From Anthoceros angustus (Eukaryota; Plantae; Anthocerotophyta), in contig MU008157.1 of assembly GCA_010909165.1 (NCBI GenBank), forward strand, positions 124,001-188,000: a stretch of DNA of 64,000 nucleotides, given 5' to 3'. The translations under genes and the position numbers were made by a program. Position 1 is the first letter of the stretch, and every line of letters starts with the position of its first letter. The notes below the pieces were generated by a model. The model was not told where the DNA came from. It saw only the letters and a program-made list of their open reading frames with translations, and did no database searches. This document shows, one piece after another, positions 12,298-23,654 of the stretch.

Positions 12298-14689
12298 CCT
12301 GTGAAGTGTCCATGTGTACACGCGCGTACTCTTCCTTCTAGCCAACACTCTGTCCTCCAGCTGCAGTGTCATCCATCCGCCATCCCCGTCGCCTCCTCCA
12401 CCAAAGCACCGGGTTCGTACCAGCCGGACATCTTTATGTACCTACATAACCTTCTTTGCGTTGTCATGGACGCTCGATTAGGTGTGCTTTCCCTTGTCAC
12501 ACCATTCATTTATGATCTTCGCACCTGGGAATCGGATACACATCGATATGTTGTGTCTTTGCCATGCGGTTATGCGTGAAGCAGCGTGTTGCGACATATG
12601 GAACCCTGGCGGTAGGTAGGTAGCACGACGAGGTAAGCATGCAAGTATGGACTGCCATGTTCGTAGAATTCGAGCACGGCAAGTCGTGTGTGATCGTGAC
12701 AAGTCCAGTTTGATCGCGATGAAGTCCAGTTTGAGAGCAAGATCTCCCATGGAAAGGGATTATCCGGCCTCCAAAGGCAACGCGAGGTGCTCCGCGTACG
12801 CGACATATGCAGTGCCTGGAGCCTGGAAAATACGGCAATGCTTCCATGGTGTAGCAATGTAGGAGGAATATCGGAATCGGATGCAGCGTGAAAGAGGAGA
12901 GTAGGGGGAACACGGCCCCCAATTATTGTCCCACTGCAGTAGCTGGACTTCTGCAGTTCATTCTAGAGTTCCGCGAGCTTCTCTCTATAAGGTATGTAAT
13001 GTATGAATCCGCGCTTTTATCTATCCTGGTTGCCCCTGCTGGATGGGCTTCTTCCCATCGTTTTTTCCCTTATTAAACAAAGGAATCCTGGTCTCGCTTC
13101 AAGTGCAAACAGTTCACACGACAACTTGGCAGGGAAGTCGGGCGTCCGACGGACGGCCTTGGACTGGGGAGTGACTGGGTCTTGGGAGCTGCCACGCACG
13201 TTCGCAGTTCAGAACCTCCTGCTGGCTGCAGGAAACGGCAAACATGCGTGTCGAGAAGAGCGGAGAAGAGTTTGTATGGAGCCCACTTCCCCGCACTGCG
13301 GGGGCTTTGTGACCACAAGCCTCGTGGATCCGGCCAATGGCGGAGGGCATCTGCCCATGGACAACGAGGGTTATTTATGCAGATTATTCATACGGCGAAG
13401 AGGGCTTTATGTAGATCGCAATGTGTTAGATGGATTTGCATTAGGGTGTGTGGCGGGCGAGCTTGGCACATGGTCGACAGGTCGAGGGGCATGCAGGCAC
13501 TCCGGACAACCTGGAGCCCGGGGCTGGAATCTGAGCATATGGTGCAAAACGGGTGGCTCGATCATAAGACCACGTGTGCAAGGACTGTAACCGGCTTTGT
13601 CCGCATCACAGCACGCACATGTACAGTGAGGCTGGAAACACACCAAGCTCCTTCCACCCTTTTACATCAGGCTGACCGTGCTCTGTCTCCACTTCCACCT
13701 ACGCGCCTTGGGCTTGCGGTGCCCTTTCAATCACTGTGTAGACTTCCACCCAGACTTGCCTGCAATGGGAAACAAGATCAAATGAAACATCCGGACCAAA
13801 GTAATTAATTTACTCTACTGACTGCCTCGTACCTCAAGCACTGTTCAGTCTGCAGCCGAACGCTCTTTCTCTGCAGACCTCCCGTAACACTGACTGATGA
13901 TGCCATTGCTGCCTGCAGTATCTGGCGGTGCTGCCAAAGGTAGATAGACGTCGGCAGATGCCAGCTTGTGGCCGACATCCAACACGATCTGGTTTCACAA
14001 CCTCCTGCACACAAATGCCTAGGTTTTGATGCAAATTAAAGCTCGCTAATGCAGATGTATTCCACGGCATCTGTGCAGTTGCCGAGGAAGCGGATAACTC
14101 GGCCCTGTCGCACATGAACTCGATTCCACATGTATTCTTCCACCTCAGGCACGAAAGTGAAGGTGTTCAGGAAGAGAATCAGAAGATGCACATTGCACAC
14201 CACACAGCACCGCACCGAGCCTGCAAGCATTGCTGACAGCTCGGGAGTGGCGTGGGACGAGTTGGCTGCCTCCACCTCTACGCATAACCATCTTTCATCT
14301 CAGAATCCATTCACACTACCAGGGATCTGCACACTGCCCCTTGTACGTGATGACAAGCCTGAAGCAGTAACCTGGGGCTCTCAAACTTCATCGACCTGAC
14401 GAGGCCCGGTAACGCCAGACACGCACAGACCGGCACATCATTACATCTCAACCTCCGCGACAGCGCGTGCAGGATTCACGGAAATGCTGTATGAGAGGAT
14501 ACGGTATTCTGAGAGCGTCACAGTGATGAGCTGATACGCATCAACGCAGACTTATCACAACTCCTCTTATCGTACACTTCTCTCTCTTCTCTATCGAATT
14601 CTGCACAGTCTCCTGGAGGTAACATACAAATAAATCAAACAAGAGGAGAAAAGTATTACCCGTTCAATTGACATCTTATGCAATAAGTG

Positions 14690-14765
14690 AAACACAAGGA
14701 CTCGAACCCCTATCATCACATGGGAGGGTCTCTCCTTGATGGTACTGACTAGCTGTAGCACACTT
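14690..14765 (-). mobile_element. Possible tRNA-derived SINE head
   Basis: Minus strand has a weak A-box-like tacagctagtcagta and a B-box ggttcgagtcc; no complete cloverleaf. Confidence 0.25.
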
Positions 14766-14969
14766 TACACTTTACACTTTACGATAGTAATAGCATTTTT
14801 TTCCAGTTCAATTTCATAGATATGACAGATATGCAAAACACAAACAAAAGACACATGTGTTTTACACAAAGCAGCTCAAACTTCTCACTTTTTGCTTGTG
14901 GAAGCGATTTAATAATTTCAGATAAAATTTATAATAGTAAATATTTGTATAAATATATATACATAACTA

Positions 14970-15310
14970 CCGTACCCCAAGGGATGGTTCAACAGGATAA
15001 TGCCGAAATAATTATTTTTTGAAAAAAATAAGGTTCAACATAAATATTTATATTTTTCAAATTTTCAAAAAATAATTCTATTAAATTTTAATATTTATTA
15101 AAATACATAGATATATATATATAACTAATGGATATGTATAAACCTCCCCTAAATAGGCCCTAATTTTCCACACAAACCCTAGTTTCCTTATTTTCGGCAT
15201 CATAAACTCATAAATTTTTACCTATTCAACATTTTAAGTATAATAATTTTTGGATTTTCAAATTTTATTAATTTTAATTAATTAACGCCGAATCACCCCT
15301 TGGGGTACGG
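14970..15310. mobile_element. 341-bp MITE, Tc1/mariner-type (TA target-site duplication, TIR starting CCGTA)
   Basis: TA|ccgtaccccaagggatggtt ... aatcaccccttggggtacgg|TA with an AT-rich non-coding interior; second copy at 2055. Confidence 0.88.
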
Positions 15311-15953
15311 TATACACATAGTGCTCGCCAAGTTCACCCTAGGGAAGCTACCTCCGAAATTTTATCTTTCTACTTCATGAAGTAAGGGTAACCATGCATA
15401 TAATACTCTCCAAATTCACACTAGGATGAACCTTTTAGGAAGCGCCCATATGCTTTGTCTAATGACATTTCTCCTATTTCTGACTTTGAGGACCAGCTCT
15501 CTATTGTAGATGTGGTTGTAATAGACCCTTCTTGGGATACCGTCCGAGCATGTCATCGGCAACCCTCCGGGTTGAGCAACAGAGGGATGCACTACAACCA
15601 AGGTTCATAAGTATACCCAACTAGCACTTTTCCTAGAGATCTCTCATATTAACGTCGTCGGAAAAGAAGCAAAGATCTTGATGGATGAAGGGAAGACCAA
15701 GTTTTTGTATTGGAATCAAGAAAGTTCTGATTTAGCCCGGAACCATACAGGAAGGCCATGCTTTCATTCTTCTAGCAATTAAGAATCACAAGACCATGGG
15801 CAAGGACTTATTGAGGTTTATCAAGGCTTATGCTTTATTTATCAAGGCTTATGTTAAAGCATACTACATCTACATCCCCAAGAATGGGGTAGGTCACTCT
15901 CTTTCATATACGGTGACTTTCCTTCTGTATCCATGTAAAGGGCGTTGGCAAAG

Positions 15954-16070
15954 GCAATTTTCAGAACAGATTCGAACGTAGGGAACGTAGGAAAACGCAA
16001 TTTTCAGGACAGATTCAACTGCAGGAAACATAACAAAACACAATTTTCAGGATAGATTCGAACGCAACGT
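15954..16070. repeat. ~43-bp diverged tandem repeat x3
   Basis: caattttcagRaYagattcRa at ~15955, ~15998 and ~16041. Confidence 0.7.
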
Positions 16071-16359
16071 AGATCTTCAGCTGCGATGGTTAATAGGCCT
16101 TTGGCTTATTATGACATCTTGGGAGCCATAGGTAGCTTCCGAGTCGACGTTCGGGGGCCTAGTCCCCCTTGGCCTACAGTAATGGGTACACCAGCATCGA
16201 GAGACTTTATGATGTCATGATTCCGCTCCACTTTTCATGTACAATTGTGCATAGCTCGTGCATCAGCACATGTAAATAGTTAGAGAAAGTAGCAGCAAGA
16301 AGGAAATCAAAGTAGCGCTATACTCTTGACCCGGACTTGAGGAGCAAGGCAGCTGAATA

Positions 16360-19300
16360 ATGGTGATGCTTATACGGGCTGGCAGCAGGGCTGCACGCCC
16401 CGCAAACTTCGCCTATCGTTCTCTCTTTACTGATGCCAAGGTCCATGGAACACAATTCCTGCGTGAGAGGTAAAGGCTCGCCTCCAGACTTGGTGCCAAG
16501 GACTGCAGTTGCCTTGGCCTATTTTTGTCTATTTGGTTGGAACCTATGTTTGTCAGTTTGCATGCCAGGTGGATGCTCGTTGGAAATGTTTGCCTGACTT
16601 TGGAACAGTGAGAGCAGCTGGTCAGCTGAGATTTAGCAGGAGAATATGTGCAAATGCCTTGTGATTAGATTAGTGGAGCGCAATACCTTGCAGATTGTGT
16701 ACTCACAGTTTGCCTGCAGAACATGGGATGCTGTGGTGGTTGGTGGTGGGCACAATGGGCTGACAGCGGCAGCCTATTTGGCTCGAGCAGGACTCCAAGT
16801 TGTAGTCTTGGAGAGGCGGCATGTGCTGGGTGGTGCAGCTGTGACGGAGGAAATAGTCCCAGGCTTCAAGTTCTCCAGAGCCAGTTATCTGCAAAGCCTT
16901 CTTCGACCTCAGGTTGTCAGGTGACTGCCAAAGTTGCAAGGATATGTGATTGGGTCATGCTGCCTCCAATTTGTCTGGGTTGCATGAACTATTGACATGT
17001 ACGCTTTCTTTCTGCAGGGATCTGGATCTTACTGCCAATGGTCTAAAGTTGCTGCCAAGGAATCCATCTTCTTTCACCCCCACAGTGGATGGAAAATATC
17101 TGCTCATGGGTCCTGACCCAGAATTAAACCGTGCACAGATATCCAAGTTTTCTAAACAGGATGCTGCAGCTTATCCCCTGTAGGCCTTCGGTGTCCTTGA
17201 GGAACCACATTGCACATATGCCAGTTTTTCTTTTGTCATTCTACTGACGTACTTATTGTGCAGGTATGCAGAGCAGCTGGAAAAGTTTTGTACAGTAGTA
17301 GAACCTCTTTTGGATGTCATTCCTCCGGAGTCTAGAGACAGTAGCACCTCGTGGAGGCAATCACTGCGCCATGGGTGGTCCAAGCTGAAGATGTTTGCTC
17401 TTCTGCTTCGACGAGTGTTAGCCTTGCCTCAGAAAGACATAGCGTAGGTGCACACTCACCGCAAAATGTATGTCTTGGTATGCTTCCTGTAAGAATGTAT
17501 GTCTTCTCGGTACAGTCACTACCAATCGCTCCTGAGAGCTCCATTCACGTGTTGCATGTGTAGTGACATGCACTTATACTTGCTCAATGTTGTGCAGTGC
17601 TTTTCTAGAGCTTCTTCTGGCCCCAGCTTCTAAAGTGCTCAATCGATGGTTTGAGGTAACCTGCAATGATGGTGATAGTGATGGTAGCACTAAAAGCTTG
17701 GTGTGTCTACTGACGGAGGCCAACTATCTTGTGGTATCTGCAGTCAGACGTGTTGAAAGTGACGATTGCAACTGATGCTGTAATTGGGGTCATGGTATAA
17801 TGTATTGACTTGCTCAATAGCCGATGGCATTAGGTTGTAGCCCTTCGTCTTGATGGGGGGTGTGGGTAGAGTAATGCCACATATGGGTTTGGCTTCAGGG
17901 AGGTGTTCATACCCCAGGCAGTGGGTATGTGTTGTTGCATCATGTCATGGGTGAGACAAATGGGGATCGCGGGATATGGTCGTAAGTCAATCCATTTCAC
18001 CATGAATAGGGGTTTGGGGGGCGGAGGGGGAGCGAGCTCCCTGAAGGCTCCATCATGTGGATTTTATCGCTAGTAGAGTATACACAGGATCAGCTTGCTG
18101 AAGTGTGCACATTCCGTGGCCTAGGTATGTGGAAGGTGGGATGGGAGCTGTGTCTATGGCAATAGCTAGGTCCGCATACAAGGCTGGAGCAGTTTTGGTC
18201 ACTAATGCAAAGGTATGTGCCTGTGCTAACATTTCAGAAATTTGCACTGTCAGGTTGATGGCACAAGTCTCCTGAAGTCCTTTTGCTTTGCAGGTCAAGA
18301 GCTTGCAGACAGAGGAAGCAAGAGGGACCGATGGAGGCACCCATTTGATTTCTGGGGTGAGTTTTCTTTATTCTACTCTTGCCAGAACTTGCAGGTATGA
18401 GTACCTGAGGAGGACGCCTCCATGAATGGCTTTCGGATTTGAAGTATTTGCCTCATGTCTCGGTCAGGTCCTGTTAGAGGATGGTACACCAATCAGGGCA
18501 AGGCATGTGCTCTCTAATGCCACACCTGCTGTCACTTTTTTGGTGAGTTGAACGATGTAAAATTTCACATGCTGTCGTCGCAGCATTATCTTTGCAGCTA
18601 AATGTTAGAGAGGGTATTAGCTGTGCCATGACGTATCAGTGCACTTTTTGCAGGAACTTATCCGAGACGGTGTTCTTCCCAAACAGTTTGAGATCGACAT
18701 CAAAGAAATCGATTATAAATCAGTAAGGCCTGGAAAGTCTGTTGCTCCTGGATTCATAGAATGGGTTATGCTGCTATCTCAAATGGTGCTGTGGAATTGC
18801 CTGGGAGGGCTGTCTTCGAGAAGGTGCTGGATGAGCAGGTTTTTCTTAGAAGTGTTGTGTTTGTATGGATTAGGGAACCACGAAATTTAATCTTGCGGTG
18901 GATGCTCTACCAAGATTCACAGCCTGTGGACGTTCTAGTAATGAGCCTGGGCCTGAGCATTTTGGAACCATACACCTGGGAGCTGACTGGTATCTCATGC
19001 TCTTTTCAACCCGTGCGTAGTCATAAATAACTTATAAAAGCACAAAACAGGTTTTTGCAGTAGTTTTCTGTTTCTCATTTGCTCGTACTTTGTTGCCTTG
19101 GTTTTCTTTGGTTGGTGATGAATGTATTCAGTATGGAGCACATCGAAGAAGCGTACAAGGATGCACTAAATGGGCAGCCTTCAACTAGGCCCTTGATTGA
19201 AATGACCATCCCCTCCGTTCTGGACAAGACCATCAGTCCTCCAGGTAAATTACACTACACGAACACCTGAACAACATCAGCAGATAACGAGCTAACTGTG

Positions 19301-19947
19301 CTGCAGGGCAGCATGTCATCAACATGTTCGTACAATACACCCCATACCAGCCCAAGGAAGGTAGTTGGAAAGAAGAAGCAACAAGGGTTAGTGCCCTAGC
19401 TGTTTGTCAATGCCCGGAACTGGTCCTCAAAGTCTTTTCCCCTATCCAAAGGTACTCAAGGTACACATTTTGCAGGAGAGTTTTGCAAATCGATGCTTTG
19501 ATTTGGTTGAGGAATATGCTCCTGGATTCAAGTCCTCAATCATCGGCTACGAAATGCTGGCACCGCCCGATCTTGAGAGAATCTTCGGTCTTACAGGTGC
19601 AACACTTCGTCATTCCATATCCCAATGGTTTCTTGTACCCTACGTCATGTTGACCCTTTTGCAACTTACCAGGAGGCAACATTTTCCATGGAGCTATGGG
19701 ACTGGATGCGGTCTTCCTACTTCGACCGATAAAGGGATGGTAGGCACATCCACTGAGTTATGTGCCAGGCCACCACAGTTCGTCCATCTTTTATTAAATC
19801 TCGCCCCAACGTGGTTGCAGGTCATCTTACAGGACACCAGTGAAGGGACTTTATCTTTGTGGTGCTGGTGCTCATCCCGGTGGTGGCGTGATGGGTGGTG
19901 CTGGCCGAAATGCTGCTCTTGCATTGCTCGAGGACGTCAAAGGATGA
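16360..19947 (+). CDS. PYROXD2: PYROXD2-like (phytoene-dehydrogenase family) FAD-dependent oxidoreductase; multi-exon, probable mitochondrial presequence
   Basis: [106 protein letters not shown]. Confidence 0.9.
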
Positions 19948-20094
19948 AATCCCTGCATCCTTGCTGCTGGCCGAATTGCTGCTCTTGTATTGCTCGAGGA
20001 CGTCAAAGGATGAAATTCCTGCCTCCTTGCTGCTCGCCGAATTGCTGCTCTTGCATTGCTCGAGGACGTCAAAGGATGAAATACCTGCCTCCTT
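19899..20094 (+). repeat. 66-bp tandem triplication of the last codons and stop of PYROXD2
   Basis: Units start at 19899, 19965 and 20031. Confidence 0.9.
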
Positions 20095-20312
20095 CGTTGC
20101 CGGTCTCTCGCATACGCCTAGAGGGTCACTTTTACTCTATGTTTTCCTTTTTTACATACCTATATGATTACATGTATTACATCCCCCTTGAAAGCGTTAC
20201 CTACTCTGTGCCTAGCTCAGGTGCCATCAAAACTCTTTCCCTCCGCGCTCGGTGATTTCATCACGCCGTTGATAATTCATGTGGAAGCTGCTGCTGTGAT
20301 GCGAGAATTAGG

Positions 20313-21027
20313 ATGGTGCGTGCTCTGCTGATCCTTGGGCTGGTTGCTTCGTCTTGTTTTGGTTGGTGCTGATGGATGAATTGCAGAATTCATTGCATGC
20401 ACGCGGTGGAGAGGTTGAATTTCACAGTGTTTCCTTGTTACTGTGCCAGGCTGCGAAGATCATAGCAAATTTGATTGTCATCGGTTCTGGGGTTCTGCTC
20501 AGGGCGGTCTCGCAGGCTTATAGGCAAGCCATTGTCAGTAAGTATCCTTTGATCTTCCCACTGAATGCGCTCCTTGGACCTCCGTTGTGAGTAGGGTTTC
20601 ATACAGGGCATGCTGCATCTGTGGATACACTGGTTTCTGAATTCTGGGGAAATCGTTTTGCCTTATAGATGCCGGGAAAACTGGAGTAGCTCAAGAAACT
20701 ATGCAGGATATGGCTCACAAGGTCTCCAAAACTATGACAGAAGCCGAGGCAAGGCTCATACTTGGAGTCGATGAAAAGGCAACATGGGGGGAAGTTCTCA
20801 AGGTGAGCTTGGTACAGCGTTATCGGAGTCTTGCTGTTTGTGGTGTTTGATTTGTTTGGAGGGGTGCTTTTTAGCTCATTGATGGCGGTTTGTTCTGAAT
20901 GCAGAGATACGATCATCTATTTGAAAAAAACGGTGTGTCAGGAAGTTTCTATATTCAGTCGAAGGTGCAACGGGCCAAAGAATGTCTAGAAGTAGCCAAA
21001 CCAGCAGGAGAAAGGGCAACGGGGTAG
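20313..21027 (+). CDS. PAM16: Mitochondrial import motor subunit PAM16/TIM16; 4 exons (ATG-only exon 20313-20315, 20450-20537, 20669-20802, 20905-21027)
   Basis: M|AAKIIANLIVIGSGVLLRAVSQAYRQAIV|NAGK...MTEAEARLILGV...|RYDHLFEKN..SGSFYIQSKVQRAKECLE. Confidence 0.92.
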
Positions 21028-21400
21028 TTCATGTTTGCAGGTTAAATTCTATTCGTGTCCCTTCCAAATGCTATGAAGAGCAGCTTTCCAATGCCTACAC
21101 GTCTATATTTCGCACGCTTCTGGAGCCTACATTGTGTTACACTGCGTTGGATGTTACGGTGTATGTCCATCAGGAGAGCGAGTACTCCAGTTGGGAGGCA
21201 TTTCAGAACAACATTTACTCGAGTGTTCATTATTCTCTACAGCTGGGACTAGGTGGGATTTCAGTCTCGGAGAGAAAAACCTTTGCCGAGAGGATTAACA
21301 CTGTGCTTAGGCCATAAACGTAAAGTAAGAGCTGGTCACCAATATATGTCGATACATACGCCTGTTTGAAGCTTGGAACAGCACATATTTTACACTACAT

Positions 21401-21580
21401 TTTGTACAAGAGCCGATCCTAAGGGCTGGCAAAGTTGATGCTGAGTTCATAAGATCCGAGCTCATAGTTCTCTCGAGGGAGCCTTCACCCTTTTTGTACA
21501 AAAGCCGATCCTAAGGGTTGGCAAAGTTGATGCTGAGTTCGTAAGATCCGAGCTCATGGTTCTCTCGAGGAGCATTCACC
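21401..21580. repeat. 92-bp tandem duplication between the convergent 3' ends of PAM16 and the quinone oxidoreductase
   Basis: tttgtacaaRagccgatcctaaggg...ttcaccc x2. Confidence 0.85.
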
Positions 21581-21702
21581 CATTGCTGAAAACTGCTCCA
21601 CTCTCGTACTAAAGCGGAGCAGAACACCTAGCTGTACACGAGATTCGAGGACTGTCCGGACAGCAGAGGGGACATCGCCGAGTTCAAGAGGTACTTGTGT
21701 GT

Positions 21703-23140
21703 TCAACAATGGCAGGGTAGGAGCAATATTTTTCCTATGTGGGTGCTAGACTCCAAAATTCGATGAGCCTCTGCAGCCTTGCCCAAGGGAAGGGCTGTGT
21801 CTATCACAGGCACCACTTTCCCTTCATCTATTGCCGGCCACACATGCTTCTTCACCTCAGCCACAATCTGAGCCTTATTTTCAGGTGTCCGAGCCCTCAA
21901 ACCGGCCCCTGCAAAAACAACCTCCTCGAATTAGTTGCATGAGATGATTATGCAGCAGACACGATTCACGGCTTGTTTGAAGGTTAGGTACCTTGGACAG
22001 TCAGGCGTTTAGCAACAATTGGGCCCAGGCTGAATTCCCCGACGGTGCCTCCTTGAAATCCGATGATAAAGAGCCTCCCTCCAACTGCGAGGGCGTCAAG
22101 GTTTCGCTGGAAGTAGATAGCCCCCATGTTGTCCAAAATGACATCCACACCTGGCAATGTAGAAGAACCAAATGTTCGGCGAGCACATTCTGTCAAACCA
22201 GCCATGCAGGCGTCAGGCAGGTATTATTACCTTTCCCCTTGGTCTCTTCCTTGACACGCTGTACAAAATCCTGTGTCTTGTAATTTATCACAAAATCGGC
22301 TCCAAGCTCTTTGCACTTCTTCAGCTTCAAGTCCGTTCCTGTCAGACGGTGAAAGCCGACTTTGAGCCCTACCAACAGAAACTCCACAGCTCCAAGCGTT
22401 TTCCGTGGCACCAATGAAAATGAAAGCTCACCGGCAGTGGTGAAAACCGTGGCACCAATGTACTTCGCCATCTGTATGGCAAAGGTGCCGATTCCACTGG
22501 ACCCTCCATGCACCTTGACATCATAAACCAACACAGATTGACAATCTACCATCCCCACGGCAACACCAATCCAAACACAACTCCGGCCAGCAAACCTCGA
22601 CTCACCAAGAGTGACTCCCCAGGCTGCAAGTTGGAAGTCATGAACACCGTGGACCACACAGTGCACGCAACTTCAGGCAATCCAGCAGCATCCTTCAAAG
22701 ACACCCCCTTAGGAATGGGGAGCAATTGAGTAGCTGGCACTGCGACCTTGTCAGCGTACCCCCCGCCTCCGAGCAACGCGCACACCTGCATCAAAGCAAA
22801 TGTCAAGCACATAACCACAAACCCGGACAGAGCCGCAACTGTCCAGCTACATTACACCATCCGAAAGACCACGTTTCCACTACACCTCAGTCCCAGCCTC
22901 CCATTCCTCCGGCACCCCGGGTGCCACTTCCTCAATCACTCCAGAGCACTCCAAGCCAGGATACTGCGGCGAGCCGGCAGGGGGCGGGTGGCTCCCCCGC
23001 CGCTGCATGGTGTCGGCCCGGTTCACTGCGGTGGCCGTGATTTTGATCAAAACCTCCCCTTCCTTCAGCACCGGATCCGGCACATCCTTGAGCTCCAAAA
23101 CCTCCGGCCCTCCCGGAGTCCTGATCACTATGGCCTTCAT
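21703..23140 (-). CDS. NAD(P)H:quinone oxidoreductase, PIG3/TP53I3 (MDR) family; multi-exon
   Basis: MKAIVIRTPGGPEVL, VNRADTMQRRG, YPGLECSG, CALLGGGGYA, LPEVACTVW, VHGGSSGIGTFAIQ, AEAHRILESSTHIGKILL. Confidence 0.92.
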
Positions 23141-23654
23141 CCTGCTGTCCTGCCCCTTCCGATGATCCTCACAGGCTGCTCACTGTGAATTCTGCCGCTG
23201 TCGTCGCAGCTGCAACTCCGCGAATCCAACGTCTCGGATCAATCGTCTCGAATCACTCGTCTTTAATCACAGGCCTCGGGTTGCGCACAGGCAAGCAGGC
23301 ACAGACAACTTATAAAGAAAACGCCGGCTCGTTTGCCTGGCCGTGGCCGTTTGATTCACCACGGTCCATGCATGCACTGGTGCGTGCCACCTGCCGAGGG
23401 CCCGGGAGCGGGGAATAAGTTAACTGTTAAATATGACACTAAATGTTATCTCTTAACTTAGAACCTCATTTCATAAAATGAGATAATTTACTCTAGGACC
23501 TGGTGCTTTGGCTTTGGTCTTGGTCACACAATACATGACCTTAGCTCGGAATGATTTGGATCACTTTGGAGGAAGGCTAGTGAAAACATAATGGGGACTT
23601 AGTTTGTGCATGTTTTTCTTTAGTTTTTACGTGCTTCGGCTGGCCGTTTAGTTC

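Noticed and set aside
14988-15004. aacaggataatgcc resembling the TPP riboswitch P5 loop
   Set aside because: It lies inside a MITE terminus; the CTGAGA and other aptamer elements are absent and no thiamine gene is nearby
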